A stretch of DNA of 62,289 nt, the filler included, from Sluysia triapertura (Eukaryota), in NCBI GenBank assembly GCA_046118255.1. It is 5 parts of 5 records of this genome, joined end to end, with 100 filler letters (N's around TTAATTAATTAA, not from the genome) between each part and the next. Parts side by side here need not be neighbours in the genome. Positions count along the whole stretch, not along the records: positions 1 to 11,391 come from JBJNIA010185191.1; positions 11,492 to 23,224 come from JBJNIA010175585.1; 3 more parts are not named here. One strand, 5' to 3'. This document shows, one piece after another, positions 11,317 to 23,324 of this stretch. How positions within the stretch are numbered: position 1 is the stretch's first letter; each line of letters begins with the position of its first letter. Under the pieces are notes generated by a model. The model was not told where the DNA came from. It saw only the letters and a list, made by a program, of their open reading frames with translations, and did not search any database. The translations under genes and the position numbers were made by a program.

Positions 11317-11391
11317 TTAACCTTTGTCAGTCAACCTGGGGGGTAATTTTACCCCCCATGGGAAGAAAAATGTGAATAACTTTAAAACTTT
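11317..11391 (+). mobile_element. piggyBac-like transposon terminus inserted at TTAA
   Basis: TTAA|CCTTTGTCAGTC followed by palindrome GGGGGGTAATTTTACCCCCC; interrupts the antisense ORF and is truncated by the gap. Confidence 0.4.
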
Positions 11392-11491
11392 NNNNNNNNN
11401 NNNNNNNNNNNNNNNNNNNNNNNNNNNNNNNNNNNTTAATTAATTAANNNNNNNNNNNNNNNNNNNNNNNNNNNNNNNNNNNNNNNNNNNN
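11392..11491. other. Artificial assembly linker
   Basis: Exactly 100 bp of N with central TTAATTAATTAA (stops in all six frames). Confidence 0.97.
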
Positions 11492-11586
11492 ATCGGTTAT
11501 AGAGAAATATCGGTTATAGAGAAATATCGGTTATAGAGAACATTTTTTCAAGTCCCAAACATATTCTCTTTAAGCGGTATCTACTG
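11492..11586. mobile_element. Terminus of a pogo/Tc1-mariner-type DNA transposon
   Basis: Three ATCGGTTATAGAGAA subterminal repeats, ending ...TTAAGCGGTATCTACTG|TA. Confidence 0.65.
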
Positions 11587-11654
11587 TATATGTTAGTTAC
11601 ATAATAAACAGCCACACTAATCTTAACAAATGTTTTCACATTAAATATATATAT

Positions 11655-12027
11655 AAAAATATTGCGTAAAAGCAAGAATAGAATTCAAAATCATGACAAT
11701 AATTTACAAATGTTTACAAATGTCCTCAATATCTTTTAGAAATACAACAAAAATTGGAAAGCAAGATGAATATTTCATTGAGGTATGATAATCTATACAG
11801 AATCCGCAGTGATAGCAAGCTAGGTGATAGGTAGTATACTGTTTATGTTTCAAAAATATACAACCAGTTACCAGAGTATGTCAAAGTACTGGAAGATTAT
11901 GAAATATTTAAGAAAAAGGCAAAGTTGTTTCTGTTTCAGGAATATTATAGTGAATCATTTAATTTAAGCGCTTTTGAGTACTTACTTTGTAGTAGATATG
12001 AGTGTAATAAAGATTAATATATTATTA
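11655..12027 (+). mobile_element. 5'-truncated LINE 3' end (CR1/L2-like), copy 1
   Basis: Encodes KIYNQLPEYVKVLEDYEIFKKKAKLFL, typical of a LINE ORF2 C-terminus; homologous to copies at about 19.0 kb and 46.1 kb. Confidence 0.65.
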
Positions 12028-13519
12028 AATTGTCATTTTAAATAATTAAAATTGTATTAATAATTAATAATAAATAAATTAGATAATTATCTTCAATTTT
12101 CACAAAAGAAAAATATTAAAATCTGTCTGAATGAAATTGTAATTTAACCTTTTATCTACTCCTCTTATATTTGCCAATGTTTGAAAATGTTTTAAAATTT
12201 AATATTTATGATAGTAAATTAGAAATGATTATATTATTTGTGTAATCATAAGAAATCTAATTGTATAAGTGAAACCTGATTCAATATCTCATTTAGTTCA
12301 GTTTTAACAATGGTAAGTTGTATTTTATTAGTTTACCTGATTTTCTATTGGATCTGTGCTAACATTAGAGGAACATGTTAGTTTGTTTTATTACTACAAA
12401 ATTTTAAGTTAACTTTATAAGATAAGCATCATTTTTAAATTATAAATAATATTTTATGATTGATTTTACTGAAAATTAAACGCTTTTTTCCAAATTTTAA
12501 TATTTTGCACTTTTATAAGTATTAAAGTACAATTTATTTCTTATAATATTCATAGTTTCACTTTTTTAATGTTAACTTTAAATTCGTAGTCATAAAAAAT
12601 TAAAATTTTGGATTTTTTAATTATTCATTGTTACAAAAGTTTAATAATTTTACGTTTTTTTATACTAACTTAACTCCTTTTTTGGAAAAAATCAATGTTT
12701 ATATAAGAAAACGCATTTTAGAACCTAGTTTTGACAAAAAATAGAAAAACAATAACAATTTTAATTATAATTTTGGATTTTGATCCATTTTGCAGATAAG
12801 TACTGAATATTGCAATCTTGCACGTACATCGACTTTTATTATCTTTCTTTTCGAATTGCTGTTTCGAATAAAACATTTTTATTAGTATAACAAGAATTAA
12901 TTCATATTTTTCCAACAGAAATTATAATTATAATATTAATAGTAATAGTAATAGTACTTATCTTTAAAAAAGTTATTCAAAATTTGTAACAGCTTACTTT
13001 GATAAAATGTTTTGGAAATAAATACTTGAAAATCAGTGAAGAAATAATAATAATTATTTTTATTATTATTTCCATCATCATCGTCGTAGTTCTCTTCATC
13101 ATCTTCCTTATTATTCTTGTTGATATTTTTATCATCAACATCAATTGTGAAATAACTTTTCGATCGTTTAGTTACGTCATTATCATGATTAAGAGTAAAC
13201 TTTCTAATTGCAGTTAATTTTAATAAATCTAAAGGTCTACTGTAATCAATTGAATAACTAATGTTAACGATTTCTTCGTTTTCCTTTAATTTTATAATCA
13301 GAATCCTTTTTTGTTTCGTTTCTTTTATTATTATAATTATTAATTTTTATCGTGCAAGAAAAATTATTTTCTATTTTTAAACATCTTCATATCATGACCA
13401 TTGATTGATCATCCAACCAGAGGCATTGAGATGAAAGCTACAGTTATTATTGCTCTGGAAGGATGACCAGTAAAAATAGAGAGTTTAATTAAAAATGAGT
13501 AGATTGGTTTAGAGATGAG

Positions 13520-13580
13520 CCATCATCAATGTTGACCTAAATATGTATATAATGACAAGCGATGTCAACATTGATGGTGG
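13520..13580. other. 17-bp inverted repeat (hairpin) with 27-nt loop
   Basis: CCATCATCAATGTTGAC (13520-13536) pairs with GTCAACATTGATGGTGG (13564-13580), with one G-U pair. Confidence 0.8.
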
Positions 13581-15140
13581 TAATTGATGATTGTATAAAA
13601 TTATTAGTTTTAAAATTTGGAATAATAATAATAATAACATTAATGATAATACACAATGTTATTATTATTATTATTATAAAATTTACAGAAATTCTTATAA
13701 TAAACTGTACACGATCTTTCCTTTACGTCTTAAACTTTCTAACTTATTAAAAGTTAGAGGTAAAGAAGAAACATGATCTTTTCTTGCATCTTTGGTTTTT
13801 CTGATTAACTTATGAGTTTCTAGCTGAAATGTTATTAAAATGTAAGTAATTATGGCCTAAATACTTTGGAATATGATTATGCTTGAGTTGTTTTGAGATG
13901 AGAGGTACAATACTTTAGATAAATTTTTAATGTAATTTAATGATATAGAAAGTTATTGTGGTTTATATGTTATGAGACTGTGGATATAAATTGACTTTAG
14001 CAGATGAATTGTTTTGGTGAATGTAGAGGAGATAAATGTGAGAATGTTAAAATGTTACAGGGTGTAGTTTCATTTACAATGTTTTGGTTAAGTTTGATAT
14101 TGTTTTATATTGATTTTGAATATAAATTGTAGATTTTGAGGGTATATATGATTTTGTAATATTGTGAAAAGGTTGATCACCGCACTTTGCAATAGATATA
14201 AGCGCAATATTAATTAACATATTATTATTATGTATATTTTATTAAAATATAATAGTAATAATATTGATTTGAAAAAGAGAAAACATACCAAATGTATAAA
14301 TATTTTATTTTCTATCTATAAAGATACACAAGTTTACAATATTGACTAAACTATTGCATAAAACAATATAAGCAAGCATTTGATGACATTTCATGAATAA
14401 TCGTAAAATATAAATTATCTCGAGCATGTACATTAAGAGTTTAAATAATTAAATTAATTTAAAATTATGTAAAATAGTTATATATGTATTGTAATTGTTT
14501 GAATAAGTGTAAATTTTAAACAACTGAATGAAAAATTATTTAAGTTTTAAAGTATCTCACATATCTTGTAAAAAATATTATAAATGTAGCTTTAAAAAAT
14601 CGATGTATTAATTAAACAGTCTCAAATTATCAAAACAAAATGTTACTAAGGTAATCAACTATTAAATATTAATTAAACGTTCATTTTAATTCGAAAATAG
14701 AGCTTTATTTATTCCGTATAATATAGATTTTTATATAATAGAAATAACATCAATGTATTATCAATACAACTATAAATAGCCGAATTAGAAAATATTTGAT
14801 TTATTTAATACAATTATAATATAATTACATAAAAGAATTTTCAAAATAATAAACAAAATTTACATTTTTGAACTATCTTTATTCGGGTTTAATAATGAAA
14901 TTTATTAAATTAATTCAATTTAATATTTTTAATTTAAGTAATTAATTGAGTGAAAAATAACCAAATAAAATAAATAAAACAAACTTAATAATTGATTCAT
15001 TAATTGTGTAATTTAATTATCTTTTGTTAAGGTTGGATTTGGTAGTTATTAAAACATTTTTATTGCAAAAATTATATTTTAATTATAATTGGTTGAATTA
15101 TTTGCTTAGTCGATTAACTTTTTAAAGCATATTAATTTAG

Positions 15141-15326
15141 ATGGAGAAAATATTTTACTTGGTAAAAAGATTGTCCTTAGAACACCATCAGCTCTTTGGA
15201 TAGATAAATTAAATGACGGTAATCCTGATACCTGTAGTTGGTTGTATCATGAAAAAATGCATTACGTAGTTTATGATTTAAAGGCTATTTATAGTATCAC
15301 TGGTGTACGCATTACAATTGGATGGT
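15141..15326 (+). pseudogene. Fucolectin/F5-8-type (FTP) domain gene, exon
   Basis: AG acceptor at 15139-15140, GT at 15327; NILLGK..KLNDGNPDTCS..YVVYDLKAIYSITGVRIT. Confidence 0.7.
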
Positions 15327-15400
15327 GTACGTAATTTTGTTTTATTATAATCATTATTGATTATTAATCATTAATATTATGAATTTTATCTTTCATATAG

Positions 15401-15725
15401 ATGTAGCATCTCCAAGTACTCCATATAAGGTATACATAAGTGAAACTTTAGAACCCTGCAAAACAGAAGATCCATTCGAAAAATTTCAATTATGTACTGA
15501 CGTATCAAAAGAGTCTTCGAAACGGATGCTATCTTGTTTTCTTAAAGGAAGATACGTTTTGATACGTAAGGGAAATGAAAGTAATACAGACAGAGATAAA
15601 GAAGACTTCAATCTTTGTGAAATAGAAATTGTTGGTGTTAAATTGGCTGTTAGTTACTTTATTTAATATAGGTCTATTTGTATGGAATGGTGTAAAATTT
15701 GCCAGAACGAATATACTCGTGGTTT
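15401..15725 (+). pseudogene. FTP domain second exon followed by a disrupted EGF-like Cys repeat
   Basis: A 74-bp intron keeps frame; YKVYIS..C..C..KGRYVLIRK..FNLCEIEIVG, then after a stop/frameshift SICMEWCKICQNEYT. Confidence 0.6.
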
Positions 15726-16497
15726 AACGCATAATTTGGGGAACTTGCAAACCTTTTATGGCCACAAACATAAATATACAAGTGTAAAAACTTGAAAAAA
15801 ATGCTACTACAAATAAATTGTTTTTTTTACAAAAATTCTACTTTATTAATTAATTTGCTATGTTTATTTCCCGAAACTACACTCCTTACTGATGAGAGAT
15901 GTTACAGCTAAACTCAGTAAGAGTCAAACTGTTCAATACTACATGATCCCGTTACTTCCGACACGAAATAGAATCTAAGTGCTCGTCAGTAGTGAATAAT
16001 CCCAGCCTTTGCAAATTTACAGAAAATTGTGTTTGTTTTTTTGCTTAAACGTGTGCTCAACCACAAGTATAGTCGTTTTTGATTTTTATACATGTAAATG
16101 ATTATGACAAAATATGTGTGTGTGTATTTATCTTGTAATAATAAAACGTAGATAAACTCAAAACAAAAATGGCAAAGCGAATAACTTCGTACAGTGAATG
16201 GGTTAATATATAAAAATGTTAATTTCGAAATAATGAAAAGAATAATTTATTTAATTTATTAATAATGATACAAATTTTACAAATTTGAGTAAGAATTGTT
16301 GGATTAATTTTTTATAGTTTACGGGTATAAAATAATTTGGCCGATTGGTATTTAACGTATTGTTATGAACTATAAGGATGTTCAAGCAAGGTTGCCAAGT
16401 GTTTGTAAAGGTATTTTACTTTTAATGTGTTGTCATCAGGATGTATTGTGTTATGAAAAATGATAACATATTTTAAAAGATAAAGAACAATACAGTA

Positions 16498-17003
16498 CAG
16501 TGGTGGCCAAATTATTAGACTAAAGACTGACCAGACCATTACTGATGTTTGATGTTTCACAGTTTCTATGATACAGTCAGGATGAAACTCCTCATTAGGT
16601 CTCCTTCTTACAAAGGTGGTCTTGTCATCCAATCTTGAAGGACGACTCGTCTCTAAAACACACTTGTCTTCATTCATCTTCAGTTAAATGTGATGTTGCT
16701 TAATCCATACCAACCTTTTATTGATCATCTCTGGGTCGTCTTGCTCGCAAACCATTGTCTACAAGTCTCCTTCTGACTGTCCTGGCACTAACGTGAATTC
16801 CGCAAGTCTCTAATTGCTTCTACAAAGCCGTACTGGTAGCTTTACGATTCATCGTAGAAAGTTTCGCCAGATATCTATCATTTCTCGCGATTTAGAACAT
16901 AGCATATTATATATCTCATTTTGTGTCTTACACATTCAATAATGAGCAAAACCAAAGAAAAACATATTTTTCCTGTTTTAGTCTAATAATTTGGCCACCA
17001 CTG
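16498..17003 (-). mobile_element. Internally deleted Tc1 element
   Basis: Perfect ~27-bp TIRs CAGTGGTGGCCAAATTATTAGACTAAA, TA at both flanks, transposase remnant VRRRPNEEFHPDCIIETVKHQTSVMVW. Confidence 0.92.
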
Positions 17004-17577
17004 TAATTAAATTTATCTATTAGAGTTATACGATAGAAAACCTTACGAACCTTATGTAAACTTCCCAGTTGAGTTTTACCGAAATGATTAATGTATTTAA
17101 AAATATTTAATCCATTTGTGATATCTTGTATTATATAAATTAACTTTTATGGTCAATCGACTATTAATTTATTTTTGTTGATATTCGTACTCGGCTCAGT
17201 TTTATTTCAACCTGAATATCGTTACATGAATAGGCATTAAATGTGTCGTCTTTTTTTAAATTTTAGATGCAATGATTGGCCGACTTTTCCTCAAAATAAC
17301 ATAAACAAAGCTGACATTTAATAAAAATAACACCCAAATGATAAATTGAAATGAAGAAGAAGATACTAACAAATAATTTTAACATAGATGAATGAAAGAA
17401 TAAATGTATATGTGAATTATAATATGGCCAAAAAATACTAAGGAAAATTAAATAATATAAAGATAATACGCAAAATGAAGTTAATAATTAATAATAAAAT
17501 AGAAATAATTATAGTGAGAAATTAATTCTAATTGGTCAGTTAAAGATAAATAAAAAACAATTGCATTATAACTGTTG

Positions 17578-17815
17578 GGGTGCAGGCCTAAAGTGCTATA
17601 GAATAATAATAGTATAATTGACTATGATAATCTAAAATTGTTAAACGGAATTGATAGCTCAGTGGTCAGAACATCGAACTGCGAGAATGTCTTGGGTTTG
17701 ATTACCTTTATGATGACAAATTAAATGATTTATATGGTGTTTGAAGTCAAACATAATTAAATTGGATGAGATATATTAGGGTACAGGCCTAAAGTGCCAT
17801 AGAATAATGATAGTA
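17578..17815 (+). mobile_element. tRNA-derived repeat (SINE-like) flanked by ~37-bp direct repeats, copy 1
   Basis: A-box TAGCTCAGTGG and degenerate B-box GGTTTGATTACC; GGGTRCAGGCCTAAAGTGCYATAGAATAAT at 17578 and 17779. Confidence 0.65.
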
Positions 17816-18386
17816 AAACTAACAAAAACAAATAAAAACTAATAAAAACAAAATTATTTATTTTTTATCCTAAAAAATTATTAAAAAATATAAAATTTTA
17901 ATAGATGTACCTAAACTATAAAAATAAGCAATAAAAATTGCATTAAAACTAATAGTTTAAGAAGTGTTGTCACTTTGGAAAATCAATAAGAGTAAAAAGT
18001 GATTTATGATTGATTTTGAATCCTTTATTAAAACAGGATTAAGAAAGAAGTGATGTTATAAACATTTTTAAATCGGTTTTACAAAATAAAAAAACGATAA
18101 ATTTTAATTAATTTACAACTATATAAGTTAAACAACCAAAGATTTTATATCCTTAATTAAAAGATTACAAATGAGCGCCGATATATTTTTACAAATGGAT
18201 TATACATAGAAACATATTAACACAAAATTCAATAGTATAAATTAAATAGCTAAATTAAAGTAGCTCATAATTTTATGTTTATTTTTATATTTATTTTTAT
18301 TTTATGTTTAAATTATGCCGAAACTTACATAAAATAAACTAACTTAATTTAAAATATAATTTTTTGATATTATCCAGAATTTTCTC

Positions 18387-18440
<54 letters not shown>
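18387..18440. repeat. (AAT)n microsatellite
   Basis: Direct reading. Confidence 0.95.
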
Positions 18441-18999
18441 TTTACTTTTTCGATTGCAAACAATATTTTCCAGTTAATATTTTATTATTATTGTTCATTT
18501 AATATAAATAAATTAAAATAATACATTGTTTTAAAAACATGTTTCTATTTTTAGTAATTTAATTTTTAAAACTTAATATGGAAATTGTAAAAATATAATT
18601 GTAAATTTTCTACAAAATATACAAATTAAAAAAACTTGATGAATTCGTAATTTAAATGCAAGTTTATATTAATTAAATAAACAATGAATAAAACGTAGAA
18701 TAAAATAATGTCAATAAAAAAAACGTTTAGAATATTTCAAAAAAGTAATGAGGTTATTAAACTATTTCGATTTAATTAACCAATCAATTTAATTCAGTAC
18801 TTAATAAAATGTAGCAATAAAAACAATTAGAAAATTAATTATTAAATATTTAAATTAAATAAGTAATATACGACATAAGGTTTTATACGAAACATTTGTT
18901 TATTATGAGCTCTTGTAAATTTTATTAAAATATCTAAATTAATTCAATATTAAACAATATTAAATAAATAATTAAATAAATTCAATTGTGAACACAAGA

Positions 19000-19335
19000 T
19001 AATAATAATAATATATTAATTTATATTGCCCTTACAGCTACTGCGTAAGTACTCAAAAGCGCTTAAGGTAAATCATTCACTATAATATTTCTGAAACAGA
19101 AAGAACTTTGCTCTTTCTTAAATATTTCATAATCTTTCAGTAATTTGACATTCTCTGGTAACTGGTTGTATATTTTTGAAACATAAACCATATATAACTT
19201 ATCACTGTGGATTCTTGTATAGATTATCTTCTTCAATGAAATATTCATCTTGGTTTCCAATTTTCGTATTATTTCTAAAACATATTATTTTAAATTATAT
19301 TCTGGCTTTTATTGGCAACCAATGTAATTCTTTAA
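19000..19335 (-). mobile_element. LINE 3' end, copy 2, with (ATT)n tail
   Basis: Reverse-complement match to 11655-12027; ORF 19063-19260 KIYNQLPENVKLLKDYEIFKK. Confidence 0.65.
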
Positions 19336-21115
19336 TTAATTTTTAAATAGATAATATGAAACGATTCATGGATAAAATACATATTTTATAAATAAAACAC
19401 TTTAAGGCATATTATTTTTTAAATTTTGATTACAAATTTTTCTTCGTATTAAATCGTGGTGAGAAAATAAACTAAATAAAATATTTTAAGTGTATTTTAA
19501 TATTCCGATTCTTAGAATCCAAACACATGGATTTTCTAAAGGATATTGTCCAAGACCACTTGATTGGAGTAAAAGAAATTGTATGGTTAAAAAAATTATC
19601 AACAATTTGTATTATTAACTTTTTTCCATACTATCCATCAGCCAATGAACATTGATGTAATTTTCTATTTCTTTTTTAGAAAGTAGTATTTTCTTTTAAG
19701 GAATTTAATGATTTTAATTGCTTTTTTGTAATTAATTTTCTATAATGTAAAGTTAACATTGTATAAATTATAAATTATAAATTATAAATTATAAATTATA
19801 AATTATATATTAAGATATCACTTCAGACAGGTTATTAAAATCAAGGTGTGATATACGGTTAACATTAAAAATTAATGTATTAAGAATTTATATGGAAAAG
19901 AAATTTGGCATTTAATTAATATTATGCTTACTTTAAGTTGACGCATTATTTGAGTAGTGAAAAATTTTTGTGTCAATAATAATGTCAAATTTTGATCTTG
20001 TTGTGTTAATAAGATAAGGGGATTTCTTGTCATAAATACAATTATCTTTGAGTAATTGTAATTTGGAAGTCGATGATAGAAATTTAATTATTAAAATTGG
20101 TCAGAAGAATTAGTAATTACTTCTACACTTCCAATTGTTTCATTTTCTCAGCAGTTATCCAACTACTGCACAAGCGATCGAAATAATTAACACAATTATG
20201 GTAAAGATTGTGATTGAAGTTTCATTTTAGTAACTTGATTAAGCATTAAAGTGATATTCTTTAGTATTAATAGCGTGGTTAGTTGGTCCACGTTTTTTAT
20301 ATATATTTATTTTGTTTAAATACGTGCGTTGTATCAGCCCTGGATTTTGATAATTTTATTCATTAACTAACTACATATGAAGACAATTGTTTTATAATTG
20401 AGAATATTTATTATTTCTCTAATTAAAGAGTGATTATTAATTGTTATTGAAAATATATCGACATTTAAGACTAATTTAATTATTGACAATTTCAAATAGA
20501 AACATAGCAAATTTCTTTACATTAGTTACATTATGGCCATAATATTAGCTTGACTAAATCATAATTTTTTAATTAAATTACTTATTATTACTTAATTGGT
20601 GTGCTTGTTTGTATTTGTTTGTGTCTGCTAGTATTAAAATCATGTTTTGTTTTTCCATTTCACATTCTTTTCGTTCTACTTTTGTTTGCTTTTATTTTTT
20701 TAATCTAATACATTTTCCGATATTTCTTTCTTATTTTTAAACAATTTTAAGTGTTTTCTTTTTATTTATTTTCTTTATTTTAAGTAATTAAATTATTATT
20801 ATCATTATTATTATTGTAGTTATAACAATTGTTTACTAATAACATTACAATCTAACTAAATTTTATATTTTTTTGTTTTAATTTTAATATTAATGTTGAA
20901 TTAGGATAGTCCACGAGTACAAGTTTATGATATATCGAAAATCAATCGCGAAGAACCTATAACTTTTTCGACCACGTCTTTCATTCCAAAAGAATTTCAT
21001 TATGTAAGTTATTATATATTTTAATTTTATATTTCTATATATTAAATCTTGCACAATTTTACAAACTGCATACATTTTAAATGGAGTTTGAAATATTATG
21101 TTAAACATTAAGTAA

Positions 21116-21170
<55 letters not shown>
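21116..21170. repeat. (ATT)n microsatellite
   Basis: Direct reading. Confidence 0.95.
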
Positions 21171-21171
<1 letters not shown>

Positions 21172-21682
21172 ATTTAATATTATTATTTATAATTTATTAT
21201 TTAGAACCTGAGTAGTTTAATGGGTGTATATAGTTTAAAGCACAAACTGCTTTGATCAATTTTGAAAAATTTAATAAAGTTTGCGTAAATAATGTAAAAA
21301 AAGACGATTTTATAAACTTTTATACAATTACATCAATAAAATCAGAATTATACTGATACATCTGAAAGGCAGTGAGATAATGTTGCACTATTGTTGAGCA
21401 ATCTATTTTGAGAGATCAAGATCTTGTGATTTTTAGATCGATGATCTTTTTTATTTATTAACTAATTGTCTGCATAACATCTGAATTGATTTTTTAGTCG
21501 AAGATCACAATACTGGCCTTTTGATGGATGACCATATCATTTTTCCTTTCTTAAATTAAGTCAATAATTTAAATAACTATTTGATCCATCTAAATCAATT
21601 TTCCCACATGATATTTCACCATTTATCAGCTTATAATTCGTTAACAAACTTATTAAAATTATAATAATTATTAAATTTCCAG

Positions 21683-22724
21683 GATTCTCCTCCATCAATA
21701 ACAATACCTCAGTACTCTGCAGCTGTTTCGAATATAGATACTAATTGTTTCCCAGTCATTTGGAATATCAAAACTCATCTTACATTCATGATGGCATGTC
21801 AATCTTGGAACAATAAAGGTCGAATAGTATTGGCTGGTAAAGAACTTTTTTTTCAAGAATTAGTGACAGACAGTACAAATTCAAAGATAAAAAACAGTGT
21901 ATTAAAATGGTTATCACCTAAAAATCCGAATCCAAATATTCATGATAGTTTATCGTTTAGATCACTAATGGATATGAAGTCGAAATTAAAACTCGGTGAT
22001 ATCGTTATTTACGATTCATACCAAGACCATGATACGGAAATACATAATACATTAAAACAAATGCTTTTGTCAGGACAATTATCAATGGTATTTAATAAAA
22101 ATATTTGGTTTTCATCGACACAAAAAAGTATTGAAAATGTTCGAGATTTATTATCCGAATTTGGTGTTGCTATTATTTATAAATTTATCAATTGGTCTAG
22201 TAGTACTACCTTGACTTTGGATTTAAAAACATTAGATGACAACTATATAGGTTGTCAAGGTTGTCTTCGTAAAGCACTAAAAAGTCATACTTATTTAATG
22301 GACAAAGGTATGGCAATAATTGAATCCTCACAGCAAATACCGATACATTTGATTATGAAAAGTAGTATTAAAAATGCTTTAATTTCAACATTAAAATTTT
22401 ATATTCCATACATTAAATATAATTGTCCTTGTAAAATAATTTCAATCGATGATATAAATGTCAGAAAATTTCTTTTTATTGTTGGAGAATTATTCAAATT
22501 GCCATTTTTAAGTGATTATGGATTAACATCGCCATATATTGAATCATTCCCGGGCAATCTTAAAAAGCTACTTTAGAAATCAAAGGTATTACAGATGATA
22601 CATTAAATTCAATTGGTTATTATTTAAAAAGCAGGTGATACTTTGAAATATCGTATTATTAAATCTAGTGGTACTTGGAAAATTAGTATCGGTTGTCATA
22701 CTGATGTTATACCATTGAACAGAG
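21683..22724 (+). pseudogene. TCAF/FAM115-like (M60-like peptidase family) gene exon with two compensating frameshifts
   Basis: AG|GAT acceptor and GT donor at 22725; CFPVIWN..KGRIVLAGKE..SVLKWL, YIESFPG, SIGYYLKAGD, WKISIGCHTD (compare TCAF VQIGCHTD). Frameshifts lie in A-runs at about 22562 and 22626. Confidence 0.7.
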
Positions 22725-22807
22725 GTAACCTATTAATAACAATATAATATAATAATTAATGTTTAGCAATATAAAAATTTATCAATAATTGCTTTTAAAA
22801 AATCATC

Positions 22808-23224
22808 ATGGAAATTATTAAATTTTCCAAACTAGATTTTTGTTATTCTGTCACATATGTCGTGGTGTTTCAAATCGATGCTGTATCAAAAAAAACTGGA
22901 TTTTTGTTATCCTGTCATGTATGTCGTGGTGGTCTTATAAATTTTGTTTCAAATCGATGCTGTATCATGTTCTGGATTGAAAGTAGAAAATATATTATTG
23001 TTTTTGCTTGGGAATGAAAGTGATAATTTTGTATTATATCATTTGAAGCGGACAACATTAATACTAGTAATACATGCATTTATTCTTCCAAGTTATTATA
23101 TAATGCCTCTATGTATGTCTGAAAAGTTAAAACCATTTCAGCTTGAATATGTCGGTTTAAAAATGTTTGTGCAGTTAAGTATTTTATTTCCATTATTTAT
23201 AATTGGAGTTGCTGCTTTTTGGTA
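22808..23224 (+). pseudogene. TMEM129: TMEM129 (ERAD E3 ligase) N-terminal fragment with tandem duplication and premature stop
   Basis: SGLKVENILLFLLGNESDNFVLYHLKRTTLILVIHAFILPSYY resembles TMEM129 AGLTVQNLLSGWLGSEDAAFVPFHLRRTAATLLCHSLLPLGYY; in-frame TAA at 22938; truncated by the gap. Confidence 0.75.
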
Positions 23225-23324
23225 NNNNNNNNNNNNNNNNNNNNNNNNNNNNNNNNNNNNNNNNNNNNTTAATTAATTAANNNNNNNNNNNNNNNNNNNN
23301 NNNNNNNNNNNNNNNNNNNNNNNN
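23225..23324. other. Artificial assembly linker
   Basis: 100 bp N/TTAATTAATTAA/N. Confidence 0.97.

Noticed and set aside
11436-11447. Recurrent TTAATTAATTAA motif between N runs as a biological repeat
   Set aside because: The same 100-bp construct occurs at all four gaps; it is an assembly linker.
13515-13590. SECIS element
   Set aside because: Stem length and AA-loop spacing do not fit SECIS geometry, and no selenoprotein gene is evident.
15870-15925. GAAAC...CTGATGA as a hammerhead ribozyme
   Set aside because: Only about 12 nt separate the core motifs, too short for stems I and III.
17647-17707. Functional tRNA gene
   Set aside because: A/B-box-like motifs are present but there is no consistent cloverleaf; it is part of a dispersed repeat.
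22808-23017. GGLINF in this ORF as a continuation of the TCAF M60 domain
   Set aside because: It is an off-frame reading of a duplicated TMEM129 N-terminal segment.
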